A stretch of 62,903 bases of DNA, the filler included, from Parasitella parasitica NRRL 2501 (Eukaryota > Fungi > Mucoromycota): assembly GCA_025201805.1 (NCBI GenBank). It is 9 parts of 9 records of this genome, joined end to end, with 100 filler letters (N's around TTAATTAATTAA, not from the genome) between each part and the next. Parts side by side here need not be neighbours in the genome. Positions count along the whole stretch, not along the records: positions 1 to 29,062 come from MU619444.1; positions 29,163 to 37,427 come from MU619255.1; 7 more parts are not named here. One strand, 5' to 3'. Shown here in pieces: positions 26,753 through 37,527 of the stretch; position 1 is the stretch's first letter, and every line of letters starts with the position of its first letter. A model generated the notes under the pieces. The model was given only the letters and a program-made list of their open reading frames with translations, was not told the DNA's origin and did not search any database. The position numbers were made by a program, and so were the translations under genes.

Positions 26753-28049
26753 ATGTCAACATTACCATCTCAAGAGATAGGAGCAACGGGAGCAGCAACA
26801 GCAGCATCATCACATAATAAAATGGTGTTATCACAACCACCACTTGCTCTTAACTTCCCATATGGTGCTCAACCTGACATCAGTAAGTGGCTTTATTATT
26901 GAAAGCATATATATATGAAACTCAGTTCTACCCTGCTTAGTTCGTGCCAACCAAAAGGACGTTTATTATCAAACCATTTTACAAGAGCAAATGACAAGAG
27001 TAGCCCAACAGTTTCTGGGTGCTAGACGTCAACATATTTGGCAAAAAGAGATAAACACAATGTCAGACATTTGTTATTTTGGGCTAACGACACTGTTGGG
27101 TACACAAACATTGGGCGAAGAGTATTGTGATATTTTGCAGGTCAATAGTTACAATCAAACATACCCTGGATTAGTGGTAAGTATTAACTGTCAGATTAAA
27201 TGGCCTTATGTTTATTAAGAAAGCAATCCAACAGCGTCGGTTTTTACTGGTATTTACTCAAGCTGCATTACCGTACATCTACACCAGAGGTGCAGCCGAA
27301 TTGAAGAAAAGAGGGCGCCGTCAACCAACATCAGGGCAGGACATCGATATTGATAAGCCATCATACACATTACAGCAGCGTATTCTTGGTTTTTTGAGGC
27401 AGCATTTATCTCAAATTCAGGATTTTGTGGTAAAAAATGTTCGTCCTGTACATTTAGCCATTTTTTACTTTTTCGGTGCCTATTACAATTTTTCCAAGCG
27501 ATTGACAGGTATTCGATACGTAAGTGTCCTTTTGCTACGGATTAAAAAAAGAGATATTTATGGGTAATGCTCTACTAGATTTTCACTCGCCAATTGGGTC
27601 TTCATGAACAACGAGTGGGCTATGAAGTATTGGGCGTTTTGATCGTCCTTCAATTGTTGATTCAGGGATATCTGACAGGTCGGAAGCGTATTCAAGCTGC
27701 GGCACAATTGAGAAAGGAGGAAGAGAAAGTGCTTCTTGTTGCACAACAACAACAGCAGGAACAACAGGGACATGACGATGAAAAGGAAGTTGTGGATGAG
27801 GATGATTTTGATTTCATGGATTCTATGCTTCAGGAAGAGGAAGAGCCCCAACAGGAATTAACATATGAACAGCTGCAAATGCTGAAATGTGCACTTTGTC
27901 TGGAAAAACGTACAGTAACAACAACTACGCCTTGCGGCCATTTATTCTGTTGGAACTGTATTGTGGAATGGTGTCAGAATAAGCCTGAATGTCCCTTGTG
28001 TCGTAGTCATGTTAACATCTCTCATTTGGTACCATTAAACAATTTTTAG
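26753..28049 (+). CDS. PEX10: Peroxin-10 (Pex2/Pex12 N-terminal domain plus C3HC4 RING)
   Basis: FPYGAQPDIIRANQKD, LTTLLGTQTLGEEYCDI, HLAIFYFFGAYYNFSKRLTGIRY, and RING CALC...TPCGHLFCWNCIVEWC...ECPLCR. Confidence 0.96.
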
Positions 28050-28979
28050 TTTTGTATTGCACACACTCTATATATTGTCAGCAAGGGGGCGGGGGGCGGG
28101 GACAATGATCAGTTGCAAGGATTCGGATCAGGTACACATGCGGTATGATGGGATTATTAATAACCGGAAGAAGGCCCACGGCGATCGGCCTGACTGTTTC
28201 TTACAATACTATTGTTTATTGACTTGCTTCATTTGTATTGCGCGCATCTGCAGTAGATGATAAAAGTTGTAATATGAGTCATTGCTGTTAGGACAGAAAT
28301 TGTACTTGATTTTTTACATTGAAACGTATGATTTTTTCATGTTGAACAATGATAAACACTGGATGATAGACACAGACGGAAAATTAAAGGGCCGTTGTTT
28401 TTGGTGGTGTTCTTTTTCTCGACGTTTGCTTGAATTGCATCATTCATACAGATTAATGATTAAGCAGTGCTTTTTTTATTTAAAAAAAAATTATAAAACA
28501 TCTGCATTTAACGATTACGAATGACTCATCCCTGCCATATATTCTTGAAAACAAATATTTACATTGGAAATGTTTAACCGCTGTATATTTAAAACAGATT
28601 TTCGGTAATATTAGATTTTCCCAAAAAATATATAGTTTCAAAAACCGTGTCGGTTACACCTGGAAAAGTCATTCGGCTATCAAAAGGAAATGAAAAATCA
28701 ACATGCGAAAAAAAAATTTTTTTGCATGAATTTAACCAAAGGAAAAAACAAAAAAAAAAAAAGAAGAAAAAGAGCATTTTAGAAGCATCTAAAAAATGCA
28801 TGTCATTGTGAAATCTGGGGTTGCGTTTGTGTGGAGGAAATGAAACATATGCCATGATAACAGTAAAGAGGGTTGTGCAAAACGAAGGCCGATTTCGCCG
28901 TATTTTTGAAGTAGCATGCAACAGAATTTATCCGCGCTTTATAAATTTACAAAATTTTAGACATATGACGAGCTGGTCA

Positions 28980-29062
28980 CCCCGCCCACTCTGGTGATTT
29001 TTGCACCTTCGCTACGCTACGGTAAAAATCGACCTTCGTTTACGCGGGGTCCATCTCGCTCT
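28980..29062 (+). mobile_element. Second copy of the Helitron-like terminal motif, running into a gap
   Basis: ccttcgctacgctacggtaaaaatcgaccttcgtt...ggggtccatctcgc is similar to the reverse complement of about 565-655. Confidence 0.5.
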
Positions 29063-29162
29063 NNNNNNNNNNNNNNNNNNNNNNNNNNNNNNNNNNNNNN
29101 NNNNNNTTAATTAATTAANNNNNNNNNNNNNNNNNNNNNNNNNNNNNNNNNNNNNNNNNNNN
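29063..29162. other. Artificial contig linker N-TTAATTAATTAA-N (also 37428-37527, 39853-39952, 47920-48019, 54020-54119, 57122-57221, 59646-59745, 61020-61119)
   Basis: Identical 100-nt spacers carrying stop codons in all six frames. Confidence 0.98.
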
Positions 29163-29300
29163 CTGAAGTGTGCTGAAGTGTTCTGGCCAATCATTGTGCA
29201 ACAATTGGGTGCGAAGAAAGTGTGCTGAAAGAAGTGTTCTGAAGTGTGCTGAAGTGTTGTGGCCAATCACTATGCAACAATTGAGCGCGAAAAGAAAACT
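29163..29300 (+). repeat. 76-bp tandem units, left arm of an inverted array
   Basis: Unit ctgaagtgtgctgaagtgttctggccaatcattgtgcaacaattgggtgcgaagaaagtgtgctgaaagaagtgtt starts at 29163 and again at 29239. Confidence 0.9.
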
Positions 29301-29355
29301 GCTAATTGGCCGGAACACTTTCTCTCACATCTTGTTCCCCCTCTTACTTGTCAAC

Positions 29356-31112
29356 ATGGCAACGAAAGGATTCCTTGCATCGGTTTGCCATATTTGTGGA
29401 AAAAGCGGATTCATTCAAAAACGGAACTTACGCGAGCACTATAAAAACCATGATTGGTTACTTTCTACTGGTCTGAAAGGTCGATCCCAAGCATTTGATA
29501 GCTATGACATTGTTTCCACTGAAGAGGCTGCCACCATCACTGTCTACCAGTGCCCTTCCTGTACCTTGCATTTTAAGACACTGGAACAACTTGGTAATCA
29601 TATTAAACAATGCCACCTGCAGTCGGGTGAGGTAGAACTAGAAAGGTAAACTTTTTTGATATGATATGAAAACTCGTGCTCACAAAATTGGGTTTACAGT
29701 ACCATTTTTTTGGAACCAGAAGATCCAATGACAAATCATGAATCACTGCTTACAATACCGCCTGCACTGCAACCTGGCAATCTTGATGTCGAACCTGTAG
29801 AAATTTTAACATCACGAAGACGGAACTTTGACGAAGCGGTTATCAATGCCTGCCAAATAACAGACAGCCATCTGAATGATCAAAAAAAGACCTTGTTCAT
29901 TGTGGATAACCTTCAGCTAAAGCCATTGGCTATGTTTAACAAAGATGGTACGGAGCAAAATGTCCTGGCTCATGAGCGTAGTGTCAGTCGCATCATCGCA
30001 GGTAACGATACTCTCATGCCCATTTCGCCATTGAAACGTTCTTTTGATGAAATGGACGAAGTTGCTTGCATGAAATGCGCGCCCACGACTGTTCCAGGTT
30101 TTGAACGTGTTCTTGCCTCTTCACCTTACGCAAGGCTAATTCGGCAACGCCAATATGTTGAGCTGTCTCCAGACGTTTGCAAAGTGCTGAACAATGACTG
30201 GGAATTCCATCCACAAGTCAGGTATTTTACTGCCAAGTTGTTATCTGGCGCCATAATGCACAACACTTGCAATAGTCAAGCTATCATGGCCAATACTGTG
30301 GAAGCTTATGGAAAAACCAAGCACGTCGATGCACACCGTGAAACATTTGGAAAAGAGAAGGATAATTCAATAACTACATCAATACCACCTCCCATTGACA
30401 CCATGTACCACGATGTATGGCCTGTAAGTCTCCAAGGTTCAGATGGTGTTAAACTAGTGATTGGCACCCAAGTTTCCAACATATTGATCACGTCAAGTGT
30501 TCGCTTGGATACCAAAATGAAGCCATGTATCGGTTCCAAGTGCATGTCTTTCCAACTGACCACTCCGCTGATTCCATGAGCACAAAAATTTATCTCGATT
30601 TGACCTGCTTGCAAGAAGGGTTGACCATGCTAGCATCACCGCAAACCTCATGCATGTCCTCATCTAACATCATCTACCAGCTACGGCAGATTCGAAGCAA
30701 GTTTAACTCACCAAATGCATACACACTCTGTCGATCCTCCGGTCCCATCACCAAGTCACATACCTGCCACCCGTTCAGTGTATTCACGCTGGCAGATTAC
30801 GATCGTGGTAAAAACCCTGGAGCCTACCTCTTTCGTGCCATTGGCGTTCTTGTGTTGAAACATGGCGAGAGTGCACACTTACCTAGGAACAATATAGAGG
30901 AATGGGCTTCTCTGGCAAATGGCAGAATCAAGACCATATTGTTGGACATACTTCGATTGTACCCCTCAGCAAATAGTGACATTCCCATTTTAAAGAACGA
31001 TGCATTGAACAAGCACCTCAGCAGTCTTGCTGATCTCCTAGTACCATCAATTGTAGCTGCCAACGAATCAGTTGCTATACAAATTGCCCAAGTGTTTGAC
31101 TTCGTGGTCTAA
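29356..31112 (+). CDS. Uncharacterised protein with two N-terminal C2H2 zinc fingers (one intron at about 29645-29699; frameshift near 30550)
   Basis: CHICGK...LREHYKNH and CPSCTLHF...LGNHIKQCH. ORFs 29710-30579 and 30525-31112 overlap in different frames. Confidence 0.7.
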
Positions 31113-31494
31113 ACCTCTCCATTTTTTTCGTATGAATATTCCCTCATCATTGACTGCTAATTCCACCAACTATTCCCATTCTATCAGTCTTTGCAATAAA
31201 TACCGCATGTTGGAAAAAAAAAAGCAATGATGCCATTATGTCTAAATGGAACTGGTTGTATTAGTCACAATAAGACTATAAGAATAAGTGACGAAGAATT
31301 AATCAAGCTAAAAGAATAACTGCCCTTCTATGGCTTTTAGAACGACCTATGTTTTATCGGCACTTTGGCCGAAATCGAGTGCCAAGAAACTTTAAGAGCT
31401 TTACAATACTTGATGGTAGTTTCTATCGGAAGTAAAAAAAAAGTCATTCAAAAGTGCCCTAACAATGACACTTTTGTCAGAACACTTCTGTCAG

Positions 31495-31594
31495 GACACT
31501 TTCTTCGCACCCAATTGTTGCATAATGATTGGCCAGAACACTTCAGCACACTTCAGAACACTTCTTTCAGCACACTTTCTTCGCACCCAATTGT
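31495..31594 (-). repeat. 76-bp tandem units, right (inverted) arm
   Basis: Reverse complement of the 29163-29300 unit, running into the large gap. Confidence 0.9.
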
Positions 31595-32404
31595 NNNNNN
31601 NNNNNNNNNNNNNNNNNNNNNNNNNNNNNNNNNNNNNNNNNNNNNNNNNNNNNNNNNNNNNNNNNNNNNNNNNNNNNNNNNNNNNNNNNNNNNNNNNNNN
31701 NNNNNNNNNNNNNNNNNNNNNNNNNNNNNNNNNNNNNNNNNNNNNNNNNNNNNNNNNNNNNNNNNNNNNNNNNNNNNNNNNNNNNNNNNNNNNNNNNNNN
31801 NNNNNNNNNNNNNNNNNNNNNNNNNNNNNNNNNNNNNNNNNNNNNNNNNNNNNNNNNNNNNNNNNNNNNNNNNNNNNNNNNNNNNNNNNNNNNNNNNNNN
31901 NNNNNNNNNNNNNNNNNNNNNNNNNNNNNNNNNNNNNNNNNNNNNNNNNNNNNNNNNNNNNNNNNNNNNNNNNNNNNNNNNNNNNNNNNNNNNNNNNNNN
32001 NNNNNNNNNNNNNNNNNNNNNNNNNNNNNNNNNNNNNNNNNNNNNNNNNNNNNNNNNNNNNNNNNNNNNNNNNNNNNNNNNNNNNNNNNNNNNNNNNNNN
32101 NNNNNNNNNNNNNNNNNNNNNNNNNNNNNNNNNNNNNNNNNNNNNNNNNNNNNNNNNNNNNNNNNNNNNNNNNNNNNNNNNNNNNNNNNNNNNNNNNNNN
32201 NNNNNNNNNNNNNNNNNNNNNNNNNNNNNNNNNNNNNNNNNNNNNNNNNNNNNNNNNNNNNNNNNNNNNNNNNNNNNNNNNNNNNNNNNNNNNNNNNNNN
32301 NNNNNNNNNNNNNNNNNNNNNNNNNNNNNNNNNNNNNNNNNNNNNNNNNNNNNNNNNNNNNNNNNNNNNNNNNNNNNNNNNNNNNNNNNNNNNNNNNNNN
32401 NNNN
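31595..32404. other. Assembly gap (about 810 N)
   Basis: Run of N. Confidence 0.99.
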
Positions 32405-34870
32405 CTTCCCCGAGAATACGACGTCGGCCTGATTTTTCTTTTTCTCGAAAATGCTTTCAGGATCTTCATAATAAAGCTTGACTCATCTTTGGGCCGCACG
32501 AATATGAATACCTAGTTCACATTATAAAAATGAAAATACAAGTCGATTTTAAAAGACATGCATAATTTCAACTCTTAAATTTTCATAGCGCAAATTGATG
32601 GTCGCTGTATACTTACAAACTGTCATTTATATCTCATATAAGCATAATAAACACATCTTTATAATTAGAGTAGTGGCCAATATATCGAAATTCTCAAAAG
32701 CAGAGTCAAATATTGCTAACAGTGTATAATGTGCACAATAATTACTGAATGGTCACATTTAACTAAACAAGAGATACAGATATTAGCATGATTATACCCA
32801 ACGTTTTACGATCCCAATGTTGGTGGTCCTTGCGAAAATAAATAAATTAGAAGCTCGGTTAACTGCTTATCATCCGCGTTAGCAAAACCAAATGCATACA
32901 GCCCAATGTTTTCGTTTCCCTGAGATAGTACATCAAATGAGATTCCAGTCTTCATGTTGGTTTCGTTTACTAATCTCTTAATAAATAAATGTAGAAATGC
33001 TGATGGGCCTGATATTGCGCAGAAAAGTACATTAAAATGCTCATTTGGTTTCACTGCATTAGTTCTGTGGATACCCAATGTATCTGGATGTCGTCAATTT
33101 ATTGCTCATCTTTATGTAGGTTGGAAAAAAGGAAGGGATTGCATAAAGGCCAGGTGAATTTGTTATGCTCAGTTGCATGTGGAAAAAGTTGGCGCAGTAA
33201 CACTCACAACAAGATCCTTTTGTCCAAAAACATTATGAGAAAGTCTTTTTTTAGATCATCTAAGGAAGGTTTGATAGCATTACATGAGAGATCCTTAAAA
33301 TCATGTGGATACCTCACACAACCCTTTGTGGTTGCCACAAAATAGGGGAACTGGTTAATTTGTGCGTATATTTTAAACTATGTCAAATATCCTTTTCATG
33401 GTAAGTCATGTAATATACAATAAGTGCAACTGCTAAGTCTTGGTTTTGTATGTGTACTTTGCGCACATGCTGATTAAAAACTTGTGTACGTTTGGGTGGT
33501 GATGACCAAAATCCAATGGCTACTAAACCTGAAATACACCGTCGTGGTCTCACTTTTATAACATAATAACCTTTTCAGGAAGACAACACATTGAAACAAA
33601 GGAAAAGTTACTATTAGCAAGTTACTGCTAGCAATTAATGCATGAAAGGATAGCTTGGTCGATGCACCAAGCAAATATAATGCTAAACGGTTACAAGAGA
33701 GATCACTCAAGCACCCAAGAAATCAGTATCCATTTACTGGTTTAAGGCTTTCTGGAGCACGTGGAACGCTCCTTAGATAACATACGACCACGTAAAGCTA
33801 AAAAGAACGAAAGATGTGAAGGGTTATACCACATAGCAATGTGCTGTCAAGAGGCTCGACCATACGAAAGATAGGAAATATAAAGCAAGTAAAAATCTAG
33901 CGAGACAAATTCGTTCATCTTTACATGTCTTATTAAATGGTGGAAAACGTATTATAGTGCACTCGGAGCTTATGCCGGGCGTAGATGATCATTACTTTCT
34001 TTGTGCCGTTGTAATAAATTTTTTATGAAACACAAAGACTACAGACAAGATTTAAGTGTATGGTCCAAATGATTCTGGAATTGTCCAAAAGACTATTTTC
34101 TTGATCTTGCGACCAACAAATGTACTTAAATTCTCAAATCAGCATCCAAATAACGCCAACATTTGAATACTGATCACAGCAAATTAGTTGGTGCACATAC
34201 AGAATAATCTGTCTTTTGAATATCCAGCGACTAGTTTCTACGAAGACTTACTCTAAAAGTCCTTTTTCAACTACAATGTGCGTAATTTTCATTCGAGTAA
34301 GCAAAATGAAATAAGCCTGAGGATTTTCTTTTGTTAACAGTCAAATCAAAGTATTGGGTTTATTTTGAGGCTTTTTATTGATAGTTTAGTGTTAGGTGCT
34401 CAAGGGTTGCAAGTACATGTTACGCAGAAATACATAAACTGTTTGGCTTGCCTGCATTAGCATTTATGATAATATATCTATTGTGTTTGACTGTTGCTCA
34501 TTTTAGAGGTTAAAACGGACCGATTGATTAAAAACGCCAAAATGTGTTTGTTATGCTCAGCTTCGCTTTGTATGAACATGACATTGCAGTGACAATCGCA
34601 AAGTCGTCCAACCGAGCGCATTGCAGTAAATAAATGTATGCATTATCACTAAAATGGATTTGCTATTACCAGTTTGTTTACCCTAAACCTATTCCATGCA
34701 TTTTGTCCAAAATAGCCATGAAAAAGTCTTTTTTTAGATCAACTAATGCAAACTTGATGATAGAGCATGATATTGCGGCATAAACACCAGAAGAAAATGG
34801 ATATAAAAGCTACCCTTTTATCCACAATTATAGTCTTTCATAATCATTTTTCAGAAAATAATCTCGTATA

Positions 34871-35113
34871 ATGAAGTTTGCAATCGTATCCGTTTTGGCT
34901 CTTGTCTTTATGCTGAACACCTTTGTACTCGCTCAAAACCATTGGATCTGTACTTGCTTTGAGCCAAAGTATGACAGAGGCTGTTGTAACGAAGTTGGCT
35001 ACACTATGATGGAGGATGGCAATGTGTGTGATATTGACCGTACTGACGTTGACAGTAAGGAGAAATTCAAGCAGTGTTGTTACGGAATCGGAGGAAGAAT
35101 CAAGTGTAAATAA
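34871..35113 (+). CDS. Small secreted cysteine-rich protein (80 aa, 8 Cys)
   Basis: Signal peptide MKFAIVSVLALVFMLNTFVLA, Cys pattern CxC-CC-C-CC-C, and TATAAAA about 70 nt upstream (34802). Confidence 0.8.
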   Translation: MKFAIVSVLALVFMLNTFVLAQNHWICTCFEPKYDRGCCNEVGYTMMEDGNVCDIDRTDVDSKEKFKQCCYGIGGRIKCK

Positions 35114-36393
35114 ATAATTGATGGCAGTTTTTGACTAATTACTGCATACTTTTCGTATCGATTAAACGAATTAAATAAAGAAGCATGTCTCCATGGCACC
35201 CTTTACATAAAATTTTTTTTTGATAGAAATAATGTAAAATAATGTACTACTACATGAGGTTGATTTCACTTGAGCATCAGATGTCAATACTTGGTAAAGA
35301 ACTTGCTGTGTTATGGGAGAATTGACTATATCAAATCGCTCAAACACAAATATCACATAATTGACTAGTGACTTAATGGAAGGACATAACTTCTGCTGCG
35401 TCCTCTATGGCTGCTATAACTTGGTTATGCCATACCCACTATAAACGTATCAGGAACATTACAAACACAACAATTTACTTTTAATCTTGCATTTATATGT
35501 GAATACAATACAAGCATGCACTACGTTAATCGTTTCATGCCGCTATGTACAGTTTTTGCTTGTAACACTATACGCATATTGAGCAGATACAATCGTATTT
35601 ACACTAAAGGAACCAAAATTTCTGGCAAATCACCGTGCCACATCTATATCGCATGATACATAGTAGGTTTACGCAACATTGCGTTATATTTAGTAGTGAA
35701 CAGCCCAAAATAAGCTAGTTTATTCTTTTTAACCAAATGTGGCCCAATTTTCTAAAAGTAATTTGAATGGTTTAGTGTCCCTTGAATAGCAGGTATCCAT
35801 GTTGTAAGTGTCCTATTTATTTCATTTGGATGTTTATTTATTACCAATAAACTCACTGACAAAAATTTTCGTCTTGCCACTTTCGATAACTTTTTATTCA
35901 AGCAGTGATTTTTGCTTTTTAGGCCCTGGGGCTTTGAAAACTACCTATTGCCATTTTGCAGTTTCTAAAAAAAAAAAAAAATCGTTAATTTTCCTCTTCT
36001 GCTTCCAATTCGATGAGCCACACCTGTTTTTTATATTACTATGAAGAAAGGGATACTTGTTACATCAAAAACATTTACTTTATAGAGCTGTATCCTGTAC
36101 TAGAATTGATATTGACGTGATACCATCTCCAGATGCATGTTTTTTACAGCCTAAAAGTAAGAATTTTAGCTTCGTGTGCAATTTTTTGATTGATTTTCAT
36201 AATAAAAGGTGCCCTGAAAACACCAGAAATAGTATCCATTGGGGAAATACTATATTATATATGATTTTGGTGCAATTTGAGCATGATTTTTTTTTTTTTT
36301 TTTTTTTAATGCAAAATGACGGATTTTTTCGATTTTTTCCTTGTATCCACGCACCCAAAATCATTCCAGGGCTCTTTCCGATAAACAATTATA

Positions 36394-37427
36394 ATGCCTA
36401 AAGGAGGGGATCTGATTGGTGGAAACGCCAGCGATTCTCGACATAATCCAAACAAACAAAAGGACCAAATGCGATCATATGCACAAATTCTGAAGTCGGA
36501 TCAAACCAGGGACACCTTTGATCTGAAGTCGCTTACCTCAGTCGAGCTTGGTCAGCTCACAGAGGGTGGACAACTGTTCGTTCAAGCCAGGGACAAGCAC
36601 TCGGTGGTGGTTTCAACCGAACAATTTACCGCATTGCAAATTAATTTCAAGGATCTAGCATCTGTTCTGCGTACCCAGTTTCCGGATGCATTGGGTCTAC
36701 GTATTCGAAATGTTAGTCAAACATCCAAGTACTTCGAAATCAACTTTCGAACTGACGCTGCTAGGGAGGCAGCCCTGAAAAAAGATTTTTCATAAGGAAA
36801 GAAAGTCATAGTCAGTCGTACCTTTCCCAAGGACACTACTATTGTTCGGGTTAGTGTGAGCAACCTACCATATGAAGACGAAGCATACTTGCAGGAGCAA
36901 ATGTCAAAAATCTTTGCGGCCTATGGTGAAATTCTCGAAATGGGTCTCTTGCATACGGTCCATGGACACTTCTTTACTGGACGAGGATTTGCTACTCTGA
37001 ATCTACTTCCGGGTAAACAGTATGCCACTTTGGGACCACAAATCGATTCTTGGGAAGCTGGGGAAACGCTCAAGATCACCTTTACTGGTATGAAGCCTAC
37101 TTGTAGCCGTTGTCATGTCACGGACCACGTTTTCGGTAACTGCCCTGTCATGAGCCAGCGTTTGAAATGTTGCTATATCTGTCAAAAGTCGGACCACTTG
37201 CAGGCTAAATGTCCTGATGCATTTTGGAATCAACGAAAGAAGGCTGCAAAGTTGAATTCAGCACACACATCAGCACACCAGCAGAAGCCTGTGGCCAAGG
37301 CAATTGCACTTAAGACCATCATCACTGCCGAGGCAAATGAGAACAAGGTCGACACTACGAAGGAAGCCGCTGCCTTCATTACTGGAATTATTCCAGCAGC
37401 CATTGCAACTATGCCTCCCGACTCGAC
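36394..37427 (+). mobile_element. L1/Tx1-clade LINE ORF1 (RRM-like region plus two CCHC knuckles) with one in-frame stop; 3' end cut by a gap
   Basis: SYAQIL motif, VSNLPY...FAAYGEILEMG...GHFFTGRGFATL, CSRCHVTDHVFGNC and CYICQKSDHLQAKC. TAA at 36793-36795 separates two same-frame ORFs. Confidence 0.82.
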
Positions 37428-37527
37428 NNNNNNNNNNNNNNNNNNNNNNNNNNNNNNNNNNNNNNNNNNNNTTAATTAATTAANNNNNNNNNNNNNNNNN
37501 NNNNNNNNNNNNNNNNNNNNNNNNNNN

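Noticed and set aside
29107-29118. Recurrent TTAATTAATTAA palindrome
   Set aside because: Always embedded in N runs; it is an artificial six-frame-stop contig linker.
29163-29300. CRISPR-like array
   Set aside because: Tandem units without unique spacers, eukaryotic context, and no cas genes.
31365-32515. 300+ aa ORFs in the track
   Set aside because: They are read through the N gap and are not real.
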